From Balanoglossus misakiensis (lineage: Eukaryota; Animalia; Hemichordata), in the NCBI GenBank assembly GCA_040954595.2, contig CM082583.2, positions 8,542,254 through 8,606,253 of the forward strand: DNA of 64,000 nt, written 5' to 3'. The position numbers and the translations under genes are program-made. This document shows positions 43,801-57,706 of the stretch, piece after piece. The notes beneath the pieces were generated by a model. It was not told the DNA's origin, searched no databases, and saw only the letters and a list, made by a program, of their open reading frames with translations. Each line of letters opens with the position of its first letter. Within the stretch, counting starts at the first letter, position 1.

Positions 43801-46800
43801 TGTCTTTAACAATAGAGAGGAGTCCACTCCTGATTTAGAGGTGTCCATAAGGACAGGTTGCGCTGTGTTCAGTAACAGAAATGATGTGTAGAGACCTGAG
43901 ATGTTCCATGGTGGCCCTTTCATACTGCTGTACATTTTGTACATGTACACATGGCAGCATCGCAAATTAACCTAATTTTACAAACGTCTTGAGAGATCCT
44001 TTTGGCTTTGTATCCACAAATGTGCGTGTCTTCTGAAAACAGTCCACAGTCCACTCAAACTCCAGCGTCTAATCTACTCTAAAATACAAAGTTCACAGAA
44101 TGTATTTATGAAGTCTTTGCTGAAATGTGCATGTTAGGAGACACAACAGTGGTTCTGTGAGTAAAATCAGTTCCGAAATGTTTGGTTGCCTATTTATGCC
44201 TATTATGTAGACACTACATGTTTTCGAGATACATGTACAGCAATCTCCTTTGTTCCAATGATCTCCGCCTACATGCTGCAATCAAAGAGGTACAAATCGG
44301 AGCATACAATGATGAAAGGTTGCACAGGTTAAATCAAACAAAATACACGTTTCTGAATGTTATCCATTAAAACCTCCCGCTCAAAAATCAATGTGAAACA
44401 CTGCCAGATGTTTTATTAAAGTGTAAGCACAGTCTTTAGAGCCAGCAAAATGGTTGTAAAAGAGAATCCCTGTGATATTATCTGCGTGCAATGCTTCATT
44501 ACTGTGGAGACAGTTAGGTTTAATGCCTTCCGATCAAACTGACGTTCATTTGAACTCATGTCGTGCTAAGTTTTGATGGTATTTACCGATGATGACCGGG
44601 CCTTGCAATGTGAACACAACAGTCCTTTTAAGAGATGATGTCATCCACAATACATACACACACATTGTGATATCAGTCATCTGCATGTAGGTCAGGAATT
44701 GTTTTATTGCACTTCAAAAGTACAAAGGTACACATGTGCGGGTTTATGATTGGGTGCAACCTACTGATACAGAAACTCTCCCACAATGGCACAGTACGAT
44801 CTGCATGAAGATGAACACATCATTTTAACTTTGTGGTGGTTTTAACACCTTTAAAACATGTGCAGTAGACTTGCCCCAAGTCTACAGGCTTAAATTATAT
44901 CATAATAAATATTAAACTCAAGCAAAATTTGATTTATACTATATCTATATATATATAGGATCTGAAACTCAGTACCGAAACCAAACTGGTTTCTTGCCCA
45001 ATTGGGTCACCCAAGGCAAACAAATATTAAACTACAAAAGGTGATGGGTAAAATTAAGAGGCAGCGAACAACGAATTAATAATCTTTATAACGACAAAAC
45101 GATGCCAAGCGACCAGCACAAAGCACTGCTCTGTAACGCTGCAAACACCAATATTCTTGTACAAGACTCCTCAGTGCAACTTGGTGGCCTGAGGCCAGGT
45201 ACTTGAATATCGTACAGAGCCACAGGTAACAAACTGTGTCCTCACAGTCACTCCTCAACATCCAGGGTTTGATTTATTCACAGAAATTCACCTTGAAATT
45301 CTACACAGTATATTTCGGGAATTCTCCATGGCATATTTCAGGAAAATACGTAAGACATCTCTACCTTGAAATTCTAATCCGCATATTTCAGGAATTCTGC
45401 ATGGCACAATTCTGGCAAATTCCAAGAAATCTACCTTGAAATTCTATGCGGCATATTTCGGGAATCTAACATAGCACATTTCAGGAAAACACAATATAAT
45501 CTTTTATAATTCTCTACAACAAAGGTACAATTTCTGCGAAACCACTTTAATTTTATGAATAAGTGTCTGCAAACAACCGTAGCAGACCTGCACATGCTAA
45601 ATATACTCGTTGTCTTACTGAGGCCAAATCACATCCTTGTGTTACATGTACATTTCGATGTTTACATTATTCATATGATACTCAATTTTCCAGCATTTGA
45701 ACACTGTTCTCACCATTCAATACAAATTTACAGAATGATGTCATTTCTTTGTGGAGAGAATTACATCAAAGAGGAAGAATTATGTCATTTCTGAGTATAA
45801 TTAAATTAAGGCTTGAATGGACACCATGTGCAAATGTGAATGCTAAATACACATGGCTGCACAGCAAATATGTATTTGCATACTGTTAAGCCATATAATG
45901 TCAATCTGCCTGATTGACTGTTTTTATTTCCGGTAGCAAAGTATGAATGCCACCAGAAAGTGTGAAAGTAAAAGCGAAACTTAGGAACTGTGGGGTGTGA
46001 CCAGACAATGATTGATAGGAACAAAAGCTACTTCCCCATCAATTTTAGGATGGACCATTTTATATCTGGGGAGGGGGAGCTCGACAAAATGCGTCCAAAG
46101 GTACTGGTTAACAATAGTACCTTCGGACACATTTTGTCCAGCTCCCCCTCCCCAGATATAAAATGGTCCATCCTAAAATTGATGGAGTAGAATAGTCACT
46201 TTTCATATGCTCTATTTGATAAGATATCCAAGCATGTAATAATGTCCTACACAGTACACTATCTTACATATACTGTAACAGTTAAATTTGAAAGTTGCTT
46301 GGAAAGAATAGCCGGGTCTGAATCGCTTCCTTTCCAAGAAAAAAAAACAAGGTCAGTACATGTAGCTTAGCTGGACGGATGTCAGGAAAGCCAAGCCTTT
46401 TTTCCTGTGGTGGTATATCTGACATTTAGGGATTCCTTTTAATGGGCGGTGTGATTTTAATGATACCCGCTGGGCCCACCAATTGCGTCATGGCCGGAAG
46501 ATACGGATGAGGAAACAATCGTCTTATTTCATCTATATTATACCTCGTATAATTTTTTTCCATCAAAACAATAGATATACCATATTACTGTCGCTGTATT
46601 ACTATTACCCAGGAGGATCTAGGAAAGATATTTACTGCAACAAGACCAAGACAAACATACGATTCAAACTTCCCATCGGAAGCCCCTTACACTTGCTAAA
46701 TAAACGCCGCAACAATTCGTCCGCACTTAGCTATTTAGGGAGTTTATCATGGAAACGGAAACAGTCGTTTGACATGCCCCATTTGTGTGTCAGATACGTG

Positions 46801-47488
46801 CTGGTTGGTGTTACTGCAAGTGCCGGACAACTGACCGAAATCACCTTCGCTATATCACATATATATATACACTTGCATTGTTTGACTGAAAAAGAGTTTC
46901 GCGTCTATGATGGGGATCGACATGAGGAGGGATAGGAGAGGCATCAATGCCCAAAAGTTACTACTGACAGTGACACACATGCTATTTCAAATGAATCAAA
47001 TTCATCTGTGGGAGATCTCATTCTCAAGTGAGGTCTGAAATGTACATGTCGCACGTCAAACCGCGGTTCCTTCGTCTGTTTCCCGGTTCCGTGTTCGTCC
47101 ACTATCCGCCCGGATTTGTACCCCAATCCTATAAAACACATCACGTCGGAAGGCGTACGTGCATTTAAAGGCAGCGCAACATCGGGGGCCTATACTGCCG
47201 GAACGTCGTCGGGTTCTGTGCCCGACAAACTTTGTGAATACGACACAATATTTGACGGCCCATCGTAAAGAGTAAGGAAATAAACAAGATCAGCAACACT
47301 CACTCGGCACATTGATTTGGGTTTGCCTTCAACGGTGTCGTTACAGATATTACCAAATCCCCACCAACAACCCCAATGTGCTGTGCCACACAATCATCAA
47401 TCTGTAATACATGACGGAGGTACAGAATCAGTGAAATGGGAGAAAAATGACCAACCTGCTCCTCTTCCGGGCTAAGCTCAGCAGCCAT
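34813..47488 (-). CDS. PTPN9: Tyrosine-protein phosphatase non-receptor type 9 (PTP-MEG2; Sec14/CRAL-TRIO + PTP domains), 10 exons
   Basis: Exons 47488-47456, 41327-41184, 39237-39148, 38149-38025, 37808-37592, 37261-36666, 36419-36259, 36055-35826, 35443-35236, 35042-34813. N-terminus [24 protein letters not shown]; Sec14 segment [10 protein letters not shown]; PTP motifs [22 protein letters not shown] and IQTPDQY all intact. Confidence 0.95.
38520..38884. mobile_element. Degenerate MITE in PTPN9 intron 3
   Basis: Left end TAGGCCAAAGTAAGTAAATTATTTGTTTTGCG aligns with the reverse complement of the right end (TACGGCCGAAAAAATTAAGTAAATTCTTTGTTTTGCA). Confidence 0.55.
45285..45490. repeat. Degenerate minisatellite, ~3 x 70-73 bp, built from ~21-bp subunits
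   Basis: ACCTTGAAATTCTA recurs at 45290, 45363 and 45433, and GCATATTTC(A/G)GGAA subunits recur between them. Confidence 0.75.
46036..46185. mobile_element. 150-bp fold-back palindrome (probable MITE/foldback element) in PTPN9 intron 1
   Basis: Arms 46036-46105 and 46116-46185 are reverse complements with 3 mismatches around a 10-nt loop. Confidence 0.8.
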
Positions 47489-49349
47489 GATGAAGTTTTT
47501 TGTTTGACTGTATTGCGCAAGTACTGCTACGTTCAGCGACCACGTCCATCAATTGTCGCAAAATGAGTCACTGAAGGAGTTTGCCCGTGTGATGGCGCTC
47601 AGCGAATCAGATTGCGGCCTTCGTTTCGGACATGAATTGCCGTGGATTCCAATTTTATTCAAACAAAATCACCCATGGATGTACCAGAATTAGTCTTCAG
47701 GCACAGTCACGTTTCAACTGTGTGTGACGGCTCTCTGTCCGAGCCTCTCGTCACACGACATCAACAAGGAAACACCCCAAGATTTTGTTTCAAAGGCACT
47801 GGGCCCAAATAAACTTAAAAACTCATGACCTACTTCAGGCCATGGCGTAAACGATTCAAAAGTCGGAATAAATGGTCAATTTACACACTGGACCGCTTTT
47901 TAGTTGCGCGTTTCCATGACGCCGACTTTTGTGTGAAACGGAAGGGCGACCTTGAACCGCAGCAACTGGTTGCTAGGGAGATCGTGATATCCGGGAGTGG
48001 TCTTCCCAGAAAACAATATCCCGCACGTCAAAATACTTGGAAGAACACACCATCTTTCGTTCCCCCACCATGTTTTGATAAAACAAAGAAACCAAATGAC
48101 ATCCGAAGCCAGGATTAAATCGTACCTACAATTCCCCGGAGACAAAGAAAAAAAATCCATAGTGGATTCCAAAATAGGAAAGATGCGTCGGATGTAGACT
48201 CTGTGTGGTATATACTGCGGATGTGCATCGCATTGTGCGGGCACCCATTGACGTCATTCTTCGATATATGGACAATATATGAGTGGGGACGCCAAACTGG
48301 ACCCACCTCGCGTGTAATATTGACGACTTGACGTTATGTTGTTATTGCCCTAACCTTATTAAAATCATGCTTTGGGTTAAAAACTTTTTAGAAGGTATTG
48401 TCAAAATAAATGTTTTCTTTTGGTCGGTGTACCCAGGGTACAGAACGTACTTCCAGATTTTAATAAACCATCTCTCCAACTCCGGATAAACTAAAGTCGC
48501 ACCTCTGGTCGCCAGAATGGGTACTATGGAGAGAGATAGTCGAGAAGTGTAACTTTTATTAGTTATTAATCAGTCTTCAGTTGAAGTGCGTTGCTAATTG
48601 CTGTTTTTCACATACATGTATATGTATCCGTAACTGACTACAATGTACTTAAAATTAACTTTGTAACTGACTTGCACCCCGGACGACAAATTTCAGTGCG
48701 TGTGCGTCTGCTCGTTTGCCTTGGGCGTGTCGTGTGGATAACATTTTACAATTGGATAATTCAAACTTTTTGCAATAATATACACAAAACAAATTCTCTA
48801 AACCATTTTTACTTTAATAAAAATATTTATTCATTGCACGAAATGATTCAAGTGTTTATCATCACATGGATTTCACGGAATGAAACTGATCACGCTAGTC
48901 ATATCTTCAAATGTTGATGATTAACTTCACATTAAAGAGAGACTGTAGTTATTGTCTCATCAGTTAAAAATACAAAGCTTAAAGTCGAACATTTTCTTGA
49001 ATAATGTAATATTTTGTTTCTGTGTAATGGAAATATTTGGAGTAAGAATTTAATTTTTTTACGTGTACTATATATTTACAATCATCTCAGGTTGTGCTAC
49101 AAAAAGTAGCTCCGTCAGCAACTGCATTTCTCTGCAATTATGTAACTGGAGAATGTCCATTTTTGTTGTAACTGATTAAATGACGGCCAACCCATGCAAA
49201 TGTTTCTTTCCAGTTCTTGTCTCTTTTGTTGCTATGGCAACACTCAAACAGACGACTGTCGTTTAAGAGAACCTTTGGATTTCTCTTCATTGTCATCTTG
49301 TAGGGATCGCCTGTGGACTCAATCCATGTTATAAGATGCCCCATTCTCT

Positions 49350-52300
49350 TCAGACTCCAGATTCTTGTACATTACGGGATGGTGGCACATCAGCAAGGTG
49401 GAGTCTGTCGTGCGCTAGCACAGCTTGTGGAATGTCTGCGTCGCTATGGTGACTCGATCTGTGGCTGCTCGTGGGGGATTCGGTGTCTGTGTGATGAGAC
49501 TGCATTTGGAGATTTTCTTCAGGCTGATGCTGACCGGTGGCTCCGAACGAGCTGACTTGCCGAAGATTAACTCCACTTTCGGAGTAACCCCCGCTATCGC
49601 TGTAACTATCGCTTATAGACCGAGAGTCGTTTTCAGCGTCTGCAGAATCGTTGACACTCAGTGTTATCTGATTAGGATCCGAGTCCAAACCCTGTTGTAC
49701 ATCCACGCCTTCCCTCTCGTACTCGGAATCCCGCCTCTCAATTTCTTGGCTCTCTTGCACCCCCTCCTCAGGTATCTCTTCTTCCAGGTCGCTAGCGAAG
49801 GTGACGTAAAACTGACTCTTCCGCAACCTCCTCTCCTCTTCCTCGACATCGTCTTCGTTGTCGTAGAAGACGCTCTTGCTGACTTCCCCGTTAGCCTGTG
49901 CGTCCTCGCCCGCTCGTCGATATCTACTCGTCCTGCTGCGGACAGCCTGAGAATGTGGATTGACGTAGCTGCCGTGCACAGAAAGATCAAACTCTGCAGC
50001 CTTCTCTTTCTTCCTCAGTTCAATCAAGCCTGGATTGTTCAACAATGTGTAGGCTACCTGCCAGCGGAATGATGCTCTCTTGTAGGGCAAGGACAGGGCT
50101 GGATCTGAAAATATACATTATGAAAAATCAGTGCTTGGCTGCATGGTCTGAAAAAAAAAACAATGTAATTATTCAGTATAATGATTTCTTTTTGTGTGGA
50201 TATATTTTAAAATAAGAATACCAACCCCTATAGTTTGGTGTGTATTGGTTCAGTTCGAAGTTAAAATTTGTGCTGACCAGTAATCAAATATTATTGGCTT
50301 CTCACTGGCCATATATATTTGCAAAAATATGATGGCACACGTAGAGCATGATAATTATAGCCCACAAGGCCAAGGGATGTCTCCTGCTCAAAAAACATAG
50401 CTTAATTGGCGATAGTGAGGATGTTTTAAGAAAGGCGTGATTTCCTTTACAATGGAAGAAGCTGGTAGCAGAGAAGATAGTTTTCATCAGTAGATAAAAT
50501 TACAAAAAAACATTAGAAATAGAAAGACAATTATATCTGTGTAGTAAATTGCTGGAAAAGCTCACATTTTGTGCCATTAAATATTTACTTGCACAGAGAT
50601 TTAATGTAAGCAAAAGTATTTTGCCTAAATTTAAGCATGATCATCTGGATGGATAAGTGGTTAGACAGACTGCAAGATTCCTCGCTCGAGGGCGCTGTTC
50701 CCATTGATTGACCACTGTCCACTGGTGCAGTCAAAAAGGAGGGCACACGCGCCCTGCAGAGAGCAAAGAATCTCTCAGTTCAGTGGTTTAGACAGCAACT
50801 CTATACTGTTAGTCCTTAAGGCTCAATTCCTCACTAACCACCTTCCTCAGTGTATGATCTGCGGTATTTGTAAGTACCACGACTTTGGCTCCAGCGACTG
50901 CCTCCGGTTCCGCGCTTGTTCAGGGTGCCGCGTTTGCTGAGGGTGCCGTAGCCCCCTCCCGCCTTGTACCTGCGCTGTTTCTCGATGTCATTCATCAGGA
51001 GTTGACAGAAACAAACCAGCACTGGGTGGCAGTGACTGTTCTCCACCAGCACCATCCCGACATAGGCTGAGAAACCTGTAACACAAAAGAAAAACTATGT
51101 CACATAGCTGCTGGATTCAGATATATATGTTGAACTGCTGCATATACTGAATATTGGAATAATACATTTTATATAGATACTTTTGGAATTGCATTTGTAT
51201 TCTGTGTAGTAATTCACTATAAATGCTAAAAGAAAGTTCCTTCTCATCTTCAGTTGGGCAACAGGATGAGTATAGAGATAATGAGTGGTTGTCTCACCTT
51301 TATCCATACCCTCATATCCTCTCATCAAGATAGGCCTGTCGATTCTCCCAAGGAATAATATTCCCAGGAACATCCCGACGAATATTCTCAACAGACACAC
51401 AATCAAACCCACGGCAACATTGTAGAAGAAGAGGAAGTATGAAAAATTATGGTATAGTCGTCTGAAAGAAATGGGTAGCTTATTAGAATCGAGGACATAA
51501 TATCAATCTAAAACATTTCAGCTGATTTAAGATTATCACATGGTGGGGTTCGGTCTAACCGGTATGTTGGCTGATGAAAACATGAATCTCGGGGTTCAAA
51601 TTATTACCTGTTTTTCAGAGCAAGAGGTTTGTCCTCATCTTCGGGTTCAATCCGGTCTTGAACAAAGCAGTACTTTGCGAGCAGTGTCTGTCCATACAGT
51701 ACAAACGCTGCAATCAACAAGTATGGTCTGGAAAAAATACGACAACTTTTTAGTCAAAACGAAACAAAATACATAGTCCAAGTCTTCATCGCGTACTGTG
51801 ACTACCCTCACCAATTTTCACATTCAAATGCATATAACTTTTTAGTTCTGGAGTTCAGCTAATGAGGGACAGTGCATACTTATACTCACACTAAAACTTG
51901 GATGATTGAGAGCAAAGCGGTAAAATACTGGTCCACAAAGGGTACAATCAGGAGATATGTGAACAGGATAAACAAAAGCCAGAGCATAATCTGAATGACA
52001 AGATAACCTGTAACGCAAACCAGAACATAAATAACACATACACAAACAAACATAAAAAGAATAAATTCAGTGATTATAGCACATCATGTTGGAAGATATA
52101 CACCCAGAATTCAATATATATTCTCAGTTCATCCAATTGATTACTTACTCCACAAGAAATAGGCAATTTGATATCCAGAATACTTCAGACCGTTTCCCTA
52201 GATATAAAAATAAAAGCACACAAAAATTATTTAAAGGTCAAACTTTTAAAAATACCAGATTTAATACACCCACAGAGAGAAGAAAACTCACATTATGCTA

Positions 52301-55300
52301 AAACTAAGAGGAGTAGCCCTTGAGTGGTTGGAAGAAAATGTCTCTATAATATACCACAGGTCAGCAGGGTGTCACGGTGCAAAAGGTTAGTGGGTTATGG
52401 TTAAATTCGGTCATTCTCTCAACACGGGTGTCAGCTAGCTAGACTACGTACAACTCATTCTCAGACATCATGTAAACTTGATATTTCAAAGCTAATAATT
52501 CGCAGTTACATTTTTTGTTTTCTTTAACTCAAGCTTGTCTGAGGCATACGCACTGTGCAAGGGAAAATACAATTTAATATTGTTTTGTTTTTGTTTTCGT
52601 ATCAGGACAGTTACCTTTGATCACGGACATTTACACAAGTCAAGTTTAGTGTTTGAGTTAGGGTTGAGGTGTCTACGGTATATAAAAAAAATTTCTTTTG
52701 ATACTCACAACTGTAGTTGCTGATTTAGGTCTTTTCACAGTAACAAATAATCGTTGACCACGCCACGCACGTTTCATATGTTTTCTATATACATGACAAA
52801 AACAAAAAAGGAGAGTTAATAATTTACAATCACCTTTCCTAATGAACATTTCATTTGGTGTAGAGTTAGTTGCTGTACTGACTGAAACAGCGATATGACA
52901 GAACTTAATTTCTTCTTTGTTAGTCTTACCTGAAACACATTGTCACATGCACCAGGTACATAAATTCGATCAATGTAGTGAAAGCACAGGCTGCATACCA
53001 ACAATCTGGAAAATAATATTATATTGAATGATGAGTTGGCCACTATAACAGTACTAATATACGTGTAAGATAATTAAACTGCAAAACATTGAAGGCTTAA
53101 CACCATGCCCAAACCAATAAAACATAAAATCACACCCATCTGCAACTTTAAATTTTCATGTATACATATACATACCGGGTATATACATACTCAAAGATAT
53201 TTTACCCACCTTGTGAAATTGAAACAAGTCTGTGCATGGCAGACATGGTGTTATTAAACTGTTCTTGTTCTGTTCCATTTAGGTGGGGACCTATTTCTAG
53301 GATCAAAGAGTCAATCCATTGCTGTAGATCTTGGAACAGAAGAACCACTACGTATATAAACAGAATGACAATCTGCAAGAGTAAACAACGACAAGTTAAA
53401 TTAATAATGACGTGATATAAAAATTCAGAAAAGCTGAGTTACGGAATTTCCACATTTTGCCCCTTTTCTCTCCATGACAAAGAAAAAAATGAAAATGAAA
53501 ATACTTTTGGTCAGCCTTTCGTCCCCAGTGTGTAGACAAATCACTGGTGTGTTAGTCTTTCCAACAAAATATTAATTATGAAGGTACACACGCATAATTT
53601 ACCTGATACAGGCACAAAAGTAAGACGGCCATTGTACATATATATCTTGGTGAATAACGGAATGCAGGATCTGGAGTGTAAAACTTGTACAACCTCTGCC
53701 TCCATTTTGATAGTCCTTCAAATTCACTGTGAAAATTAAAAAAAAAAGTTTGAAGAAACTTCATGTGAAAACTACGTTAATCGTTCTACCCCAAACTTTG
53801 TAAAAAATATGACTTTTTGTCAATTTTTTTCTCATTCAGGAAACAAGGCGTTACCCAGGCATAATTGTGTGGCAAATTCATAAGGTTGCACGATTTTGAT
53901 TGTCACAGATCTTAAACTGACCTTGTGTCAGCAGCTGGGTTTGGTTTTTGCAGTAGCCTTCTCACGTGTAAAATTTGATGCTCTTTGAGGATTTTGGTGT
54001 CATCCTGTGGGTGGAAATTTAACACGTTACCGTAGTACAGTCGATAATTGTCTTGTCTGACACATGCGGTATATAGTTGTTATCTCAAGAAAATATATTC
54101 ACTCTGAAACATAACTGTTGCTTCTGTTATAAATACGAAAGGTCACCTGTTGCTAGGTGATCTTAGCAGAACCTTGAAATCTTCTCCCTTCATGTATACT
54201 GATTGTCAAAAAAATTCAAGAAATGGAAAAAGTCGAGGTGGTACCTCTTCGTCTTCGTCTTGATCCTTCAAGTCGTAATACCAGTTCCTTATGGTGAGAC
54301 AGAATCTCTGGGCATAACGGAATAGCAGAAACAAAAGGCAGAGAAGCACTGGAAGTTGAATGACCAACGACTGGAAGTCAAACAGCTAAAAAGAAATGGT
54401 GGGAAAAGTTCAGTATCTGCAGTCAAAACCACCTTCAAAAATCTCAGGAGTTAAGAGTTCCCAATATTCATTCCGTGTTGTACTACTGCTGACAGCTTGC
54501 ATGTTCTGTGTCGGTCGACCTACAGGGATTAGTCACAACTATTGCTGAAAACAAATTAACCAGATCATAATTCATTTTAAACTATTATAAGATGGTGTTT
54601 TTAAACATGCTTACAGCTGTGGGTGGTCTTGGACAAACAATAATATTATACAGTTGAACAGAAAACCTGAAAATAAATAGAAGCTATATGTGAGAACACT
54701 TTTCCAACTAAAATGGACAATAGTTGTAATAAAATACAAGCAATATTGAACTTCAGTTTCAGAGATCTGAAATCACACACACTTAATTGCAGGTGTATAC
54801 ATTTATGTATGCCATGTGCCTGTTTAACAGTTATAGCGGGTGATGTTAGTTTTTGAACTCACCACAAACCAGCATACAGGAATCCAAGAGTTGAACCAAC
54901 CAGTTTATACGGCGATGCCAGACATATGAAGAACGGATAGAAATTGATTCCTATCTCTGCCACTGACAGCAAACTGACAAGTACTGCAAGGAAGTAGTCA
55001 AGAAAGAAGGCAGATGTTGCCTTAAAAGTTCCTGAGACCCACCAAGCAAACTAGGATACTAATAAATGATGCTATAGTCACAGATATGACATTTCTAACC
55101 TTTAGCCCAGAGGCTCTGTATGTTTGACCCAAAGTAAGTGGAGTAGGTGCCCCAAAACAAAGCTACCAACATACTGGTAGTGGCTCCAAAGGCTACAGCA
55201 TACGACCACCTGTTGCTGTAGTTTTCCATAAAATTGACAGGTCTGCAGAGAAACAGAATGATCTCAGAAACATCCTGGATGACAATTAGACTGAGAAAAA

Positions 55301-56862
55301 AAGAGAAAAATAAGGGTGCACTTACGATAACATACCAGGCCGTCCCCAACAAACATCCACATACTTTTTCTGTCTTTTTGCTAAGAATGAGAGGATCACA
55401 ATGATTGTAACCTGAAAAATATAAGTTTTGTTATTAATTCATTCGTCTCAATTTTGGTTTATAGGAATGTAACCATGATCATGTAAATAGAATATGCATG
55501 GTTACTTCAAAAGGGGTACGTGACTTACTGCTGGGATTAAACAAACGTGTACAAAGATGTCCATCTCAATGTAGTCATCAAGTCGGCAGTTAGCTTCATC
55601 ATTTGATGTATTACTGAAAGAAAAAAAAATCAAGTATTTCAGAATGGTGACTATGATTGATGAATATCAACCAAATTACACAAGATATCAGTTACCAGAG
55701 ATTGCTGTCTACGCTGTTCACGTTTCTTTTCAGATTTGTTAGTCTTGAAGTCACTCTAAACTGAAGTGATAATGGGTACAGGAAAGCTATAATGATCCCA
55801 TAAATTATGTAGGATCACATGTTGATCTGTGATACTTGTTGATACTTTGTAACCATTTCAACCCATGATTAGGGAAGGCCTGACACCATTTTCAACTCCA
55901 GTTCTGATACATTCAATTAAAGCTTTTAAAAAAATACGATTGTTTATACCAGTCTCGGCAGAACCAGATGATATATCAACACACCGAATCATAATATCTT
56001 TCCAGCCTTTATACAGGAAAACAATGCATTGTTGACAAGATGTTAAAAACCGTATTTTTTGGTTTTAAAATTACCCCATGCAACTTGCAAGACAGGACTG
56101 GAGGAAAATTCCATGAAAATTGTTCCGTAATTAGTAATATGAGATATTTGTTTTGGTTCCTTATTTCATTATTCTGATGTTCAGCCATTTTTTTTCACGC
56201 TGTTATTTACACTGACAGTACCTTGGTTAATCATTTCTTTCTGTTTCCTCAATTAAGCAGCCATGTTGTGATACCACGTTAGATATAATACGCAAGTTTC
56301 AAAGTCCAAGCATTTTTGTTTAGTTCCATGTTTGTAAATGTGAGCGAGTTTAACCCGTCTTTGTATGTCCAATATCTTACCAACCAAAATGCAGTACAAC
56401 AAAATTGCCAAGGACGTCATACTGTGCCAACGAATTAAACTTTAAAATGTTCCTCCTTATTTAAAAATGCGTCATACTTTTCGATTATTTGAACAGTATG
56501 TCCTTGGTACGTTCTTTTAATCACTGTGGAACTTCTAGTTCCAACACTTAAACAATTCATAATTAATCAAATTAAAATAATAATTTACGTATTAAATTGA
56601 GTATTAATACCATGAATAATTTTGTATTCCATAAGAAGTTAAAGTTCAATATGTTTTACAATTGTACAGTATGACAATCCTATGTACGACATTTTGATAG
56701 AAACGTCCTTCTTGTCAATACAGAATATCTTGTCACCAGCAAGCACTTGAGGCTAATTTTTACTTCGGTTGGGTAAATACCACACGCAAAAAATTAACCT
56801 GCTTACCTATCTATGATGATAAATCGACCGCTCATATTAAATTTCTCCGCCACAATCTCCAT
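49350..56862 (-). CDS. STRA6-family multi-pass membrane protein (STRA6/STRA6-like retinol-binding-protein receptor), ~17 exons
   Basis: Exons approx. 56862-56807, 55613-55529, 55411-55326, 55242-55099, 54983-54862, 54385-54245, 54004-53922, 53726-53603, 53371-53208, 53005-52930, 52784-52709, 52197-52149, 52007-51890, 51727-51608, 51461-51298, 51075-50839, 50104-49350. Family motifs GRPGM..PVNF, AVAFGAT, FYTPDPAFRYS, YSGYQIAY, LALKNR, HCHPVLVCFCQLL, RWQVAYTLLNNP. Confidence 0.88.
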
Positions 56863-57627
56863 GTTTGCTTCTTCGAGGAATACCACACCAAAACGAAAAT
56901 CGACAAAAAATTCCAATCCTCAATTAAGCTAGATGACGTCACTATAAAGTCAACTCGCGGGCTCTTCCTCTTAGTCTTAATACATTCTTGCCGTGGAAAC
57001 TTTTTATAAATGTGCTTCGGTCTTTGAGCTCGAGATTTACATCTTGTACAAGGTTCTATCTGATTGTCAAATAAATTACATAACAGACTGTATTCAGTGT
57101 CGATACGCCTAAATTCAAAACCGTGTGACTATGAGTGACATACTGTCCACAGTACAGAGATGACCCCGGGATATCTTCGTTATTAAATGGGAATATATTG
57201 TTAGTAAATCTCTGATAAGGAATCCAATAATTGGTAAACCGTAGGTGGCGCTTTATCAGTTTACCAGTGGTATATTTTTTCATATCTTGAAATGTTTCAA
57301 CCCCAATTTGTGCACGTCAAACTCGACAGTCGCTGGTATACAAAAACAAATGACATGCTTCCATTCGGACGCTGGGGGCGATATACAATGGAGTCCGTGA
57401 TTCCAAGGGTACGCATACAATAGGATAACGTAAATAATGTTGCTGTAAATTGGACATCGCAAAGTCATTTGGCTCATCTATGTTATGGCAGTGCAGTAAC
57501 GGAATGTATGCGCGTTTATAGTGTTCGTAATATCACGAAAAATATAAACAGCAAACTTCAAAAAGTATCCCAAAGTTTTGGGATGGTGGTACCAAAACGA
57601 GGCCAGACGGTGACGTCACTATCCAAC
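56863..57627. promoter_or_regulatory. Divergent promoter region between the STRA6-family gene and the next gene
   Basis: 765 bp between divergent ATGs. Minus-strand TATAAAA at ~57002-57008. CRE TGACGTCA at 56934-56941 and 57611-57618. Confidence 0.55.
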
Positions 57628-57706
57628 ATGGCGGACATCGATGGCTCCGGATATCCTAATGATGGCACATCGGAAAAAGATGAAATTTTGACATCGACCA
57701 AGCCAG
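57628..57706 (+). CDS. First coding exon of an unidentified gene (MADIDGSGYPNDGTSEKDEILTSTKP...); the following intron apparently runs past the window end
   Basis: ATG in strong context CCAACATGGCGG (also YY1-like), donor CAG|GTAGGA, CpG-rich surroundings. Confidence 0.55.

Noticed and set aside
46483-46935. 150-aa plus-strand ORF in PTPN9 intron 1
   Set aside because: It has a non-ATG start and no protein-like composition or homology that I can recognise.
49425-50072. 215-aa plus-strand ORF
   Set aside because: It is the antisense shadow of the last STRA6-family exon.
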